Below are positions 8,084-17,208 of a DNA stretch of 33,908 bases, in pieces. The notes under the pieces were generated by a model. The model was not told the DNA's origin. It ran no database searches and worked only from the letters and a program-made list of their open reading frames with translations. The stretch spans positions 1-33,908 of the IMG/VR virus record IMGVR_UViG_3300049023_000115; one strand, 5' to 3'. The number at the start of each line of letters is the position of its first letter. The stretch's first letter is position 1. The position numbers were made by a program, and so were the translations under genes. The DNA comes from a virus. Its lineage: Duplodnaviria > Caudoviricetes.

Positions 8084-9295
8084 TCAGGCGGCGAGCGCGG
8101 TGTCGAAGTCGCCGTAGATGAACGCTTCCGGGCGATAGACCGCGAGGGCCAGACGCTCTTCGGCGAGGATCGTGACGAGGTTTTTGATGAAGTCGTCCTC
8201 GTTCTCGGTCGCCAGTTCGACGCGCGCCGACCAACGATCGAAAACCTGCGCACCGAGCTTGAACGCCCCAGTCAGGAATTTCCGAACCGTGATTGCCTGC
8301 GTCGCCACCACAGGGAGCCCCCAGAGCGTCGGCTGCGTGGTGCCCTGCGGATTGCCGATGATATACCGGCCGTCCGCGTCCTTGAGCGTTTCGATGGTCG
8401 CCCAGTCGGTCGGGTGCATGACGTGCCCGGTGGCCGGATATTCCGCGAGAACCGCCTGCAGCATCGCCAGCCGGAGCACGTCGATGATGTTGAGGTCCGC
8501 AATCGTGACCGGCGCCGAGAAGGCGGTCGCCTGCGGGATGATCCCGTAGAGGTTCTGGCCGGTGTTATCGCCGTTGAGGAGTTGGGTTTCCTCCTTGTAG
8601 GCGAGGCCGTACAGAAGCCGCTCGTCGATGACCGAGCGCAGCTGCGAGATGTCGTCCATCACCTGGCGCGAAGCCTTCATGTAATGGGCGATCACCTTGG
8701 CGCTGGTCGTATACAGCTCGAACTTGATGTCCGAGGCTGGCTTCGCAGCACCTTCCGCAACCATGCCGGCGCTGTTCGTGAAGCCAGTCTCCTTCACATA
8801 TTCGAGCGTGTTGCCGTCCATGCGGCCCTGAGAAATCAGGTCGCGAACGGTCATACGCCTGTTGGGGAGAAGCCGGATACCAGGCAGGCGGGTGTTGTCG
8901 ATCGCGTCGCCCACCGAACCGGCCGCGTCGGTCGTGAGCGAGGTCAGGGTGGCCTTCGTCTCAAACGACGCCTTGCCACGGAACGAACTGCCCTGGGCAA
9001 GCATGTTCTTCGCCGCGTCGGATTCCGCGAACCGATCGCCGAGCGTCTTGTTCTCGGGATTCTCCCGCTTCATCGAGGCGACCATCTTCTGCTCAAGTTC
9101 TTCGACCTGGCCCTTGATGGTGTTCATGACGATCAGGTGCTCGTCGGCCTTCTCCTTGAGGGAGGTCGACAGTTCCTCGCCACTCTTGGCCTTGCCCAGC
9201 GCCTCTTCGGCGATGGCCTTGACCGCATCGACAGCCTTGTTGAAGTCAGCCTTGATTTCGCCGGCAAGCTGCTCGGCGCTCTTCTGTTCAGACAT
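8084..9295 (-). CDS. Major capsid protein, HK97 family
   Basis: Aligns by eye with HK97 gp5 (RRMTVRDLISQGR, VAEGAAKPASDIKF, KASRQVMDD, FIKNLVTILAEERLAL); coiled-coil delta domain at the N-terminus. Confidence 0.97.
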   Translation of the reverse strand: MSEQKSAEQLAGEIKADFNKAVDAVKAIAEEALGKAKSGEELSTSLKEKADEHLIVMNTIKGQVEELEQKMVASMKRENPENKTLGDRFAESDAAKNMLAQGSSFRGKASFETKATLTSLTTDAAGSVGDAIDNTRLPGIRLLPNRRMTVRDLISQGRMDGNTLEYVKETGFTNSAGMVAEGAAKPASDIKFELYTTSAKVIAHYMKASRQVMDDISQLRSVIDERLLYGLAYKEETQLLNGDNTGQNLYGIIPQATAFSAPVTIADLNIIDVLRLAMLQAVLAEYPATGHVMHPTDWATIETLKDADGRYIIGNPQGTTQPTLWGLPVVATQAITVRKFLTGAFKLGAQVFDRWSARVELATENEDDFIKNLVTILAEERLALAVYRPEAFIYGDFDTALAA

Positions 9296-9316
9296 AACAA
9301 ATCCCTTATGAGTGAG

Positions 9317-9979
9317 TTAGTTGGGCGAATGCGCCCCAAGAGCCGCAAGGAACCTTGCGGCTTCGTCGGATGCACTGCCGGACTCACTCCGGAGCAGATG
9401 CAAGAACCCTTTGCCGGCGATCACCGAGCGCTGGGATTTCGAGAACCCTGCCTCACGCAGGATGTCATCGAATTGGTCGAGCGAAGGCACGCCCCCGCTT
9501 TCGAGTAGGGTTTTCACGGTCGTCACCCGCGCCTCAATGTTCATCGGCATGGTGACAAGACTGATCTCCCGGAGATCGATCTTTTTCAGGCGGGTGACGC
9601 GGCGCTTATCGTCAGGCTCCGCGCCGCCGGGCGGGATGGCATAGCCGATCGACATGCCACCAAGAGCCTTAGCCTTGAGAAGCGCGTGCGCCCGCTTGGC
9701 CAGTGGATCCGCCTCCACAAGAAGCTGGCCCTGCACGAACAAGCCCTTCGCATCTTCGGCGATGTCCTTCCAGACGCCGATGGGCTCGCGGTGGTCGTGC
9801 TGCCAGAGCATCGGAATACTCCGGCCATCCTTCTTGGCCTTGACCACGCTCTCGATGAACGCGCCGGGCTCAACCACGTCACCACCTTGGTCGACGTTCC
9901 CGAACGTGGAGGCGTAGCCCTCAAACTCTCCGGTCTCCTTGAGCGCCTTCGTTTCCAGCGAGAAATCGAAATGCTTCAC
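9317..9979 (-). CDS. HK97-family prohead protease
   Basis: FEGYASTFGNVDQGGDVVEPGAF, MLWQHD, GMSIGY, EISLVTMPMN. Confidence 0.96.
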   Translation of the reverse strand: MKHFDFSLETKALKETGEFEGYASTFGNVDQGGDVVEPGAFIESVVKAKKDGRSIPMLWQHDHREPIGVWKDIAEDAKGLFVQGQLLVEADPLAKRAHALLKAKALGGMSIGYAIPPGGAEPDDKRRVTRLKKIDLREISLVTMPMNIEARVTTVKTLLESGGVPSLDQFDDILREAGFSKSQRSVIAGKGFLHLLRSESGSASDEAARFLAALGAHSPN

Positions 9980-11199
9980 TGCGGGCCTCCCGCCGGCATC
10001 TGGCCAGCCTCGGTGATCGGGACATTCTGCATCTGCATGCGCGGCACATCACCACCTTCGACCGGCGGCAGATTCTCGCGACGGCGCACCTCGTTGATCG
10101 TCAGCCATCCATTCTGGAGGCCGCTAGCGTGGAAATCGGCGCGGGTCTTGCTATCGCCGCGCAGTAAGCCCTCGACATTGAACTCGATCGATATTCCTTC
10201 CGCCCGGTCCCGAGGTGTCAGCAGGTATTTCTCCAGCGCTTGCTCGATCCGTTTGAGCCGCCGGCGCATCGTGTATTGCACAAAACCGATCGTCTGCTGC
10301 TCAATCCCAGTGCCCCAGCTCGTCGACTTCTCGGTATGGCCGATCATGTGCGGCGGGACGCCGAACAGGCGGGCCACCTCCTCGATCGAGAAGGCGCGCG
10401 ATTCGAGCATCTGCGCGTCTTCCGGGTTGATCGTGAGTTGCTGCCAGTCGACGCCGCCCTCAAGCACCATCGGCCGCCCCGCGTTGACCGAGCCGACGAA
10501 CTTCTCCGTCATGCGGCTTTCCGCAAGCTGGCGCTGCTCAGGCTTGAGCCATTCCTTGAACTTCAACACCCCGGAAGGGCGCGCGCCGTTGGCGAATGTC
10601 GCATCCGCCGCCCGATCGACCGCGAGGGCCAGACCGAACACGCGCCGGCCGTGTGTGAGCGTCGACAAGCCGCCTTCCGGAGCGCCGCCGAAACCTCGGA
10701 TATGCAGTATCCGGCCGGCGTCGATCAGTTCACCCTTGCGCCGATATTCAAGCGGCCCGCCTTCCCGGCGACTTACATTCAGGTCGTCCCAGGCCAGTGG
10801 CGTCAACGCCAGAACACGCCCATCGCCAGCGCGGTCTATCTCAGCTACCGCGTTGCCCTTCAATTCCAGGGACGCGAATGCCCCCTCCCAGAAATCGACA
10901 GCTGTCTGCTCAGCATTCGGGCTGTCATGCAGCACCCGGTAGAGCGGGTGGTCGGTCGCCGTCTCGCGCCGATCCCCGCGCATCCGGTAAACCATCAGCG
11001 GAAGCGTCGCGCCTGTGCCGGCGATCAGGTTCACACACGCCCACACTGCCGATAGCGACAGCGCGGCTGTGCCGCCCGCCGCAAAGCGATCATCGAACTC
11101 CGCAAGCGTCACCTTGTTAGTGACAAGATTATTCCCGTCCTGCCGCCCCGGCCATATCCCGGTAGACAGCCACCAGGCCGTCTTCATGAAGAGGTTCAC
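9976..11199 (-). CDS. Portal protein, HK97 family
   Basis: AVWACVNLIA, PNAEQTA, LKGNA, FANGARPSG, DAQMLESR, ARLFGVPP, TINEVR. Confidence 0.97.
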   Translation of the reverse strand: MNLFMKTAWWLSTGIWPGRQDGNNLVTNKVTLAEFDDRFAAGGTAALSLSAVWACVNLIAGTGATLPLMVYRMRGDRRETATDHPLYRVLHDSPNAEQTAVDFWEGAFASLELKGNAVAEIDRAGDGRVLALTPLAWDDLNVSRREGGPLEYRRKGELIDAGRILHIRGFGGAPEGGLSTLTHGRRVFGLALAVDRAADATFANGARPSGVLKFKEWLKPEQRQLAESRMTEKFVGSVNAGRPMVLEGGVDWQQLTINPEDAQMLESRAFSIEEVARLFGVPPHMIGHTEKSTSWGTGIEQQTIGFVQYTMRRRLKRIEQALEKYLLTPRDRAEGISIEFNVEGLLRGDSKTRADFHASGLQNGWLTINEVRRRENLPPVEGGDVPRMQMQNVPITEAGQMPAGGPQ

Positions 11200-12704
11200 G
11201 CGGCTAAGCTCGACAGCCAGTCGTCGATCGAGCCGCTGCTGCCGCCACCCGCCATCGCCTCAACCCCTTCCGCCATCGCCAAGGCCACCAGCCCGTCGAT
11301 CCGCCCAGTCGCCTTCGCCTTGTCGAGTTTCCTGTTCCCCGCCGGGTCCGAAACCGCCACCGCATTGGCAGCGCACATCGCCAGCACCGGGTTGCCGCCG
11401 TGTCGAATGCGCTCGATCAGCAAATCTGCCTCAAGAGCATCGATCGCAGGGCTCATTGAGCGATACCCCTGCCCAAACGGTTCCAGCGGCAGCACAACAC
11501 CGGCCGCTTCCAATTCCTTCTGCAATCGGTCCATGCGCCAGTGGTCAAAGCCCAGCTTCACAAGATCGAGCCCACCGCAAATCTCGCCGATGTCTCGCGC
11601 GACGAAAGCGTAATCGATCACCTTGCCCGGGGTCGTCCGAATGAAACCCTGTCGCACCCACACATCATAGGGCGCACGATCGCGCTTCGCCGCGTCCTGA
11701 ACCGAATCTTCCGGCATCCAGAAATGGGCATGGACGTTCAGAACGTCGTCGCGCCGGTTGGTCAGCACCAGAGCGGTCAAGTCCGTCGTCGCCGAAAGAT
11801 CAAGGCCGCCATAGACGGAGCCGAAGATTTCCCCGACCGCGCCGTTACCGGCCTTCCACACGGCCGGGGAAACGAATGCCGAAACCATGTTGACGCGTTG
11901 GTTCAGGTACAGATTGCGGAAGCTGTTCTCGAACGACGGCATTCGCGCCGCCTTCTCCGCCGTCTGCTCCAGCTCAACCAACGACCGGAACGTCCCGAGA
12001 GCTGGATTCGCCCGTTCCCAGCCCTTCCGATCCATCACCTCCGCATCTTCGCCGGCCGTGTAGACATGGCAGACCGTATGCGGATCCTCGCTCCTTACCG
12101 CGTCGTCGATCCACACCGACAGCATATCGGCATCGGTCGGCGCCTGCGTCGAAATGACGAGTTGCAGACCGTCGTCGTAAGCACCTTGCGCTGTCTCCAG
12201 CGCCTCGACGAAGGAGTCAGTCGGCCCCTTCACCTGTCCCAGCTCGTCAAGGATCACGACCACCGGACTCAATCCGTGGGCCGTTTTCCCCTCCGCCGCG
12301 AGAGCCTTGTATTCGACGTTCATCGGCAAGCCGATCAGCCGCTTTCCAGACGGTATCACCCGGACGATCTTGCTCAATTCAGGCGAGAACTGGACCATTT
12401 TCCAGGCGAGGTTGAACACCAGCGCCGCCTGGTCTCGCGATCTCGCCCCAGAGACAATCTGCGCGTTCTGTCTTGCTTCCGGCCCGACGATATGCGCCAG
12501 CACCATCGCCGCGATCAAGCCGGACTTGCCGTTCTTCCTCGCGATCGACAATATGCCGCGGCGCGTTCCGGCCGGATTGTCGTAGACCTCGCGGATGAAC
12601 CGCTTCTGGAATTCCTCCAACTTGAGCGGCTGGCCTACGCGCATCCCCTCTGGGACAACGCAAAACCGTTCGACAAATGCAATAACCCGGTCGCCTCGGG
12701 TCAC
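11196..12704 (-). CDS. Terminase large subunit
   Basis: Walker A IARKNGKS, Walker B VILDE, nuclease GLDLS and RIDGLVA. Confidence 0.97.
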   Translation of the reverse strand: MTRGDRVIAFVERFCVVPEGMRVGQPLKLEEFQKRFIREVYDNPAGTRRGILSIARKNGKSGLIAAMVLAHIVGPEARQNAQIVSGARSRDQAALVFNLAWKMVQFSPELSKIVRVIPSGKRLIGLPMNVEYKALAAEGKTAHGLSPVVVILDELGQVKGPTDSFVEALETAQGAYDDGLQLVISTQAPTDADMLSVWIDDAVRSEDPHTVCHVYTAGEDAEVMDRKGWERANPALGTFRSLVELEQTAEKAARMPSFENSFRNLYLNQRVNMVSAFVSPAVWKAGNGAVGEIFGSVYGGLDLSATTDLTALVLTNRRDDVLNVHAHFWMPEDSVQDAAKRDRAPYDVWVRQGFIRTTPGKVIDYAFVARDIGEICGGLDLVKLGFDHWRMDRLQKELEAAGVVLPLEPFGQGYRSMSPAIDALEADLLIERIRHGGNPVLAMCAANAVAVSDPAGNRKLDKAKATGRIDGLVALAMAEGVEAMAGGGSSGSIDDWLSSLAA

Positions 12705-13153
12705 TGGAGAATTGGCCTCGCGATCAAGTCGTCATCCATCGGATTCGCCGCCTCGATCGCCTTCGCCATGGCTCTGCGCGGGCCGACTTTTTCAGCCTCG
12801 CCACCGCGCGCGCGCGCATGAAGCGACAGACTGCGGCGGGTCGCCAATATCCGGTTTCCAATTGCTACCAACACATTCGACCGAGGGTTCGCCTTCCCCT
12901 CCACGACTTCACCCTCTGAGCGGATAAGCCGCCTATTACGCTCAGCGTCCGACATGTCACGCGCGAGCATCGCCGCTAACTCAAGCTGGTGGTCGGTCCA
13001 TTCCGACCGCGCGAACTCAGCCACGACACTCGCCCAGAACGGCAGATCGCATTCGTCGAGCTGAACATGCGCCGGAGGAACAATCTCGCGCGCAGCCTTC
13101 GCCATTACCTCGACAGCGGCCGTGACGGAATTGATCGGTTGACGCTTCGCCAT
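12701..13153 (-). CDS. Terminase small subunit
   Basis: PPAHVQL...FW...EGEVV..ANPR...RSLSL; coupled to the large subunit. Confidence 0.85.
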   Translation of the reverse strand: MAKRQPINSVTAAVEVMAKAAREIVPPAHVQLDECDLPFWASVVAEFARSEWTDHQLELAAMLARDMSDAERNRRLIRSEGEVVEGKANPRSNVLVAIGNRILATRRSLSLHARARGGEAEKVGPRRAMAKAIEAANPMDDDLIARPILQ

Positions 13154-13234
13154 AAAAACTCACTTCGCAATACTTCGGAGCTTGGGCGGCGGTTTCCAGT
13201 GCCATCATCTCAAAGTTTCGACCCGCCCCCCCCG
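13154..13234 (-). other. Probable cos packaging region
   Basis: Intergenic gap between HNH and terS beginning GGGGGGGCGGGTCGAAA; the usual cos position in HK97-like phages. The cut site cannot be determined by eye. Confidence 0.5.
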
Positions 13235-13549
13235 TCACTCGACCGGCCATCCATCAGCGGCAATACGCCGCTTCACCCTCGGCACCGTTCTACCTTGAGC
13301 CCTCGCACTCTCCGCCGCTGTCTTCTCGTCATGATGGAGCTTGCACATGCCAGCCCAGTTGGATCGCTCGTCTGTACCGCCATCAGCCAGTGGGCGAATG
13401 TGGTCGACGACCACACTGGTGCTGTCCTTGTTGACCCTGCCTGTCCTGATGCATTCGCGGCAGATCGGCTCTTCAGCCAAGACCTGCTCGCGGATCTTCA
13501 TCCACCGTCGACCGCGGATTCGGTTGGGTGATGCGCCTTGCCAGGTCAC
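13235..13549 (-). CDS. Terminase-associated HNH endonuclease (HK97 gp74-like)
   Basis: CREC...VVDHIRPLADGGTDERSNWAGMCKLHHDEKT, next to terS. Confidence 0.92.
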   Translation of the reverse strand: MTWQGASPNRIRGRRWMKIREQVLAEEPICRECIRTGRVNKDSTSVVVDHIRPLADGGTDERSNWAGMCKLHHDEKTAAESARAQGRTVPRVKRRIAADGWPVE

Positions 13550-13652
13550 GGCAGGATGAACTTAGGGCGAGTTTCAGAAATCCCGTCGAGACGCTGCTGC
13601 GTCCGTCCGGTCATCGGGAGCCTGATCAGGGGGCAGTGCCGCACTTGGCCAA

Positions 13653-14198
13653 TCAGGCTGCCAAGCCCGTCACTAACGCAACAGGCTGAGGACTCTTTGC
13701 CTCACTTTCTGGCAAAAGCCAAGTATCTATTTTGATGGTGAGCCTGCCGCCGAAGCAAAGCACAGTCTGCCTTGTGTTGCTCTGCTGAACCACCCCGTAC
13801 ATTCCAGCGAAACCGCCCTGGCCCATGCGCACCACATCGCCGGGGCTGAACGACCGCTTCGTGTCTGGTGCGGATATCCGGCGCTCTTCCGCGCGTAGTG
13901 GCTCGATATCACGGTCAGCAATCAATGGAATGCGGCCGAGGTATCGGAAAACGCTGAAATCCGCGTGAGGGCTGGTTGGATTGAAGGATTCGGCCAATAG
14001 GCCAGCGATCTGGCTTGCTCGCGCGAAAACAAAGGTCGGCATGAGCGGCACCTTGATCTTCACCCTATCCGGCTTGCGTGGCACGCGGCGGCGCTCGAAA
14101 ATAACAGGTGTCCACACTTCGAAACCTGCCATGTCCAGAGACGCCGCAAGCGGGATCGTATTTCGCCCGGAAGTGCGAAGAATGAACCAGTCGCTCAT
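13653..14198 (-). CDS. NusG-family transcription antiterminator (late regulator)
   Basis: WFILRT...GFEVWTP...PLMPTFVFAR (NGN domain) and FSPGDVVRMGQGGFAGMYGVV (KOW); sits where lambda Q does. Confidence 0.88.
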   Translation of the reverse strand: MSDWFILRTSGRNTIPLAASLDMAGFEVWTPVIFERRRVPRKPDRVKIKVPLMPTFVFARASQIAGLLAESFNPTSPHADFSVFRYLGRIPLIADRDIEPLRAEERRISAPDTKRSFSPGDVVRMGQGGFAGMYGVVQQSNTRQTVLCFGGRLTIKIDTWLLPESEAKSPQPVALVTGLAA

Positions 14199-14272
14199 CT
14201 AACTACCCCTCAGTCCTCCGCTAGAGCTTGGTCGATTGCTGCTTGCCAGTCGTTCGGCATGGTTTGGTCCCT

Positions 14273-14443
14273 TTAGGCTGCGCGGTTGATGTAGCGAGTG
14301 CCGTCTTCCAGCGCCGAGACGAAATATGGCTTGTCGCTGGCCCGAACCCAGTGAAACGAGTTCAGAAACTCGCAGTGATCGTCCACGGACCTGGAATGCG
14401 GGACCGGGCGATTGCCGGTCATCAGCGGGTTATCTCGCGCCAT
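14273..14443 (-). CDS. Small hypothetical protein (56 aa)
   Basis: Manual translation MARDNPLMTGNRPVPHSRSVDDHCEFLNSFHW...NRAA; overlaps the end of the replication gene. Confidence 0.5.
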   Translation of the reverse strand: MARDNPLMTGNRPVPHSRSVDDHCEFLNSFHWVRASDKPYFVSALEDGTRYINRAA

Positions 14444-15116
14444 CGTAGCTGCCTTCTATCAATTTTGTGAATGACTTAGGCTGAAGGAAGAAATCAAAAT
14501 CGGCCTTCCACCCTCGCCCGTTCTCGCCGAGAAGGAACGGGCTGCGCGGCACGGCGTCGATTGCTTCAGTGAAGTCCTCAAGCGGGTGCTCTCGGATCAT
14601 GGTCCTCAGCCGCTTCGTTCTGGTCGGGGTGAGTTTCTTGACGATGGGTAGGCCGCGAGGAGCAGCCATCTCGTTCCACGCCTCCACGACGTGTTCCGGC
14701 CTCAAAACAGGATCGGCTGGGGGAGTATCCTCGTTAGAGGATACAGGGGTTAAAGGTTCAAGAACAGTATCCGTGTCCCGTTTTTGGGACTGTTTCGCGG
14801 GAAAATCGGTACTGTTCCGTTTTCGGGACTGTTCCGTTTTCGGGACCGTTGACATCTCCAGGCGATAAACCTTGATTTGGCAGGTTTTCCCAGCCCTCTC
14901 GCCTGTGTCTTGAAGGACGCCATCAGATTCAAGCTGGCTAACGGCTGAAATGATCGTCTTGCGGTTCAGACTGGTAAACTCACACAGCCACGGGATCGAT
15001 GGATAGGCGCAGCCGGTTTCTTCGTTGTGCCTATCCGCATAAGCGAACAGGACGAGTTTTATCGCCGCGCTTTGAGCCCGGTATTTTGATGCCCAAGCGA
15101 GCGCGGAAAAGCTCAT
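14430..15116 (-). CDS. Replication initiator (lambda O-like, N-terminal HTH)
   Basis: KLVLFAYADRHNEETGCAYPSI..L...TSLNRKTI..L; C-terminal FLLGENGRGWKADFDF..KLIEGSY; contains iterons. Confidence 0.88.
   Translation of the reverse strand: MSFSALAWASKYRAQSAAIKLVLFAYADRHNEETGCAYPSIPWLCEFTSLNRKTIISAVSQLESDGVLQDTGERAGKTCQIKVYRLEMSTVPKTEQSRKRNSTDFPAKQSQKRDTDTVLEPLTPVSSNEDTPPADPVLRPEHVVEAWNEMAAPRGLPIVKKLTPTRTKRLRTMIREHPLEDFTEAIDAVPRSPFLLGENGRGWKADFDFFLQPKSFTKLIEGSYDGAR
14774..14846. repeat. Replication origin iterons (17 bp)
   Basis: TGTTCCGTTTTCGGGAC at 14813-14829 and 14830-14846; TGTCCCGTTTTTGGGAC at 14774-14790; degenerate copy between; AT-richer stretch adjacent. Confidence 0.85.
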
Positions 15117-15598
15117 GCGCCTACCCACTCCCCTACCTGGGCAGCACAGCCGCGAGCGTCTCGGTGTATTTCCGATCCTGAGAAACGCATCACGAATATG
15201 TCATTTGCCGCGAACCATCGGTCCCGACGGCGATCACGGTCGATTTGCGTTTCGCTGCCGTGAAATTCGCGGCCATCACATTCAACGATGAGCCTACGCC
15301 TAACCTCTCGGCGGCGATCATCGATCAGAATGTCAGCCCTATATGGACCGATCGCAGCCTGCGGCTTGACCTTCACACGCGTAATCTCATGGAAGTCGAG
15401 CCAGCCCTTTATGGCCTGGAGCATCTTCTTCTCGATCGGGCTTTCCGTGGCCGCGTCGTCTTCGCTCGCCTGTGGCCGGAAGTTTTGGCCGAACCAGCGT
15501 TCGCGGTGCATCGATTTGCGGTCGCCTCTGCGCCCCATGCAAGGGGTACGCGGGGCGGATCCGCATTTCGGACAGAATCGTTCCCAAGGATGGCTCAC
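15113..15598 (-). CDS. Zn-finger plus DUF559 (PD-(D/E)xK-like) endonuclease
   Basis: CPKCGSAPRTPC...HRER; ESPIE; YRADIL...IVECDGREFH...DRRRD...VMRFSGSEI. Confidence 0.85.
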   Translation of the reverse strand: MSHPWERFCPKCGSAPRTPCMGRRGDRKSMHRERWFGQNFRPQASEDDAATESPIEKKMLQAIKGWLDFHEITRVKVKPQAAIGPYRADILIDDRRREVRRRLIVECDGREFHGSETQIDRDRRRDRWFAANDIFVMRFSGSEIHRDARGCAAQVGEWVGA

Positions 15599-15786
15599 GC
15601 CGCCTCCCCGAAATGCTGATATTCTTCGATGTCCCCGCAAGTGCCGTTGTGCGACCAACGCCAGCCCTTCGCAGCCGTGGGTTCGCGCTTCTCTGCGTCT
15701 GTGCGGGAGAGGACACGGATGCGGGGACGCACCATGCTTTCAGGCGCTACAGGACATGCTCCGCCTCTGTGGGGGTGCCATTTCAA
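15595..15786 (-). CDS. Small hypothetical phage protein
   Basis: W..H.GG.CPV...WRWSH...DIEEY; coupled to neighbours. Confidence 0.6.
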   Translation of the reverse strand: MKWHPHRGGACPVAPESMVRPRIRVLSRTDAEKREPTAAKGWRWSHNGTCGDIEEYQHFGEAA

Positions 15787-15899
15787 AACAGGTGCTCCAC
15801 GACTGGCTTGCTCGGCGCGGCCGGCCGAGCTTTCTTCGCCTGGCGCTCGGCGGCGAAGCGGAGGCGGCGGTCATACGCCTTGCGCTCGGTCTTGGTCAT
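15783..15899 (-). CDS. Small basic hypothetical protein (38 aa)
   Basis: Manual translation MTKTERKAYDRRLRFAAERQAKK...; 4-bp overlaps at both ends. Confidence 0.45.
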   Translation of the reverse strand: MTKTERKAYDRRLRFAAERQAKKARPAAPSKPVVEHLF

Positions 15900-16228
15900 G
15901 CCAGCGCATCCTTTCTGCTAGAAAGTTCATCTTGAAGGATTTTCGCAGGAATTTTCGGCAGGAGACCGACGAGAATATTTAAACCAATGGCGCGCTCGAA
16001 AGCGCAGCCGATGCCGCTAGAATTGTGACGATTGTTCCATTTCCGGGAGGCGTCTGTTAAACTTTCTCCAGCGCCGCCCCCACCGAAACAGGAAAGGCAG
16101 GCAACCTCGTATTCCAATGAACCATCAAGAAACTTTTGCGAAACCATCTTCAGTTCGCCTGAACCGCAAAATGGGCAGTCCTTGAGTTCTGGCGCACGAG
16201 TTGTAGCCGTTGGGAGCGGGCGTCTCAT
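15896..16228 (-). CDS. Lar-family (restriction alleviation-like) Zn-ribbon protein
   Basis: LKDCPFCGS...YEVACLSC...ASRKWNNR. Confidence 0.75.
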   Translation of the reverse strand: MRRPLPTATTRAPELKDCPFCGSGELKMVSQKFLDGSLEYEVACLSCFGGGGAGESLTDASRKWNNRHNSSGIGCAFERAIGLNILVGLLPKIPAKILQDELSSRKDALA

Positions 16229-16590
16229 CCCAGCACCTCTATGCAGACCTTGCCGCCCTTACAGGGATCGCCAATGTAGGCGCGGGCGTCGAAACGCTGG
16301 TCGTTCACCCCCATGGCATCGGCCAGCCCATCCAGGCCTGATTTGAGCCATGCGATCAGATTATCCCGGTCAGGGACGTGCTTCGTCTTGGGGTAGACGG
16401 TAATCCGTATGGCTATGTCGCCGTCGCCTCGCGGGGCGCTAAGGTGGGCGCTCTTGGCGATCCAGAATACCTGTTCCCGATAGGCTTTCTTCGCCCGTGC
16501 TTTTGCCATGTGATGCGGGCGCGCGTTGGGGTGCAACTCGCGCGGCGGCAGCGGAAGCTCGATGCTGTTCGACGGCTTGGGATCAAGCAC
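16225..16590 (-). CDS. RusA-like Holliday junction resolvase
   Basis: LPLPPRELHPNAR...PDRDNLIAWLKSGLDGLADAMGVNDQRF; GTG 16590 with GGAGG RBS. Confidence 0.85.
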   Translation of the reverse strand: MLDPKPSNSIELPLPPRELHPNARPHHMAKARAKKAYREQVFWIAKSAHLSAPRGDGDIAIRITVYPKTKHVPDRDNLIAWLKSGLDGLADAMGVNDQRFDARAYIGDPCKGGKVCIEVLG

Positions 16591-16714
16591 CTGCGCGCCT
16601 CCGTTTGAGCTGGGCGGCGCGGTTCTTCGCATACAGTTTCGTTTCGAAACTCTCGCGCTTGGCCTTGACGATCCGGGCGAGCTTGCGTTGGGCGAGCCAT
16701 TGCTTGAGGGTCAT
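16583..16714 (-). CDS. Small basic hypothetical protein
   Basis: MTLKQWLAQRKLARIVK...; ATGA overlap with the upstream gene. Confidence 0.5.
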   Translation of the reverse strand: MTLKQWLAQRKLARIVKAKRESFETKLYAKNRAAQLKRRRAGA

Positions 16715-17208
16715 GCGGCGCGCCTTTCCTGGACGTAGCGCTCGGCCCAACCCACAGTCGAACGAGGCCTGCCAGTCACGGTATGGAGCCCGAGCTTCAC
16801 CCTCCAGCGGCGCTCGGTTTCGCGACCGATGCCATAATGGGCGGCGACGGCGGTGCGCGTGCCGAGGCGCTTGGAAACTTCCACGAAATCGGCTGGTATC
16901 GGCTTCGGGGGGTGCGCCGAACTCTTGGGCTTGTAGTTTCTCCCCTTCTCGGCAATCCATCGATTGATGACGGCGATGCACGTCGAATAATGCCGCGCAA
17001 GCTGATGCTTGGTCATCTCGTTGCAGTAGAGGCCCCAATCGCCCGGAATGGGGCGGCGGGTGTCGATGGCCGCCGGCTTGCCGCCGCGCTTGAGAAAGCG
17101 ACGGATGCTCTCCGGGTGCCTCTTGACCACAGCGGCTATGGCGTAGAGGTCATGGACCTCCGCCAGCTTGAGGATGCGCGCAGCCTCCATCTCTCCAATG
17201 CGCTTCAT
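16711..17208 (-). CDS. Hypothetical protein with repeated HTH-like segments
   Basis: PIPGDW...QLARHYST....INRW and PIPADF...AVAAHYGI....ERRW form an internal repeat. Start placed at ATG 17208. Confidence 0.6.
   Translation of the reverse strand: MKRIGEMEAARILKLAEVHDLYAIAAVVKRHPESIRRFLKRGGKPAAIDTRRPIPGDWGLYCNEMTKHQLARHYSTCIAVINRWIAEKGRNYKPKSSAHPPKPIPADFVEVSKRLGTRTAVAAHYGIGRETERRWRVKLGLHTVTGRPRSTVGWAERYVQERRAA

Noticed and set aside
8024-12821. Long plus-strand ORFs (494, 418 and 426 aa)
   Set aside because: Antisense shadows of the capsid, portal and terminase genes, expected at high GC.
1-13549. Gene transfer agent cluster
   Set aside because: Linked to HNH/cos-type packaging, replication, repressor, integrase and att site, so it is a true prophage.
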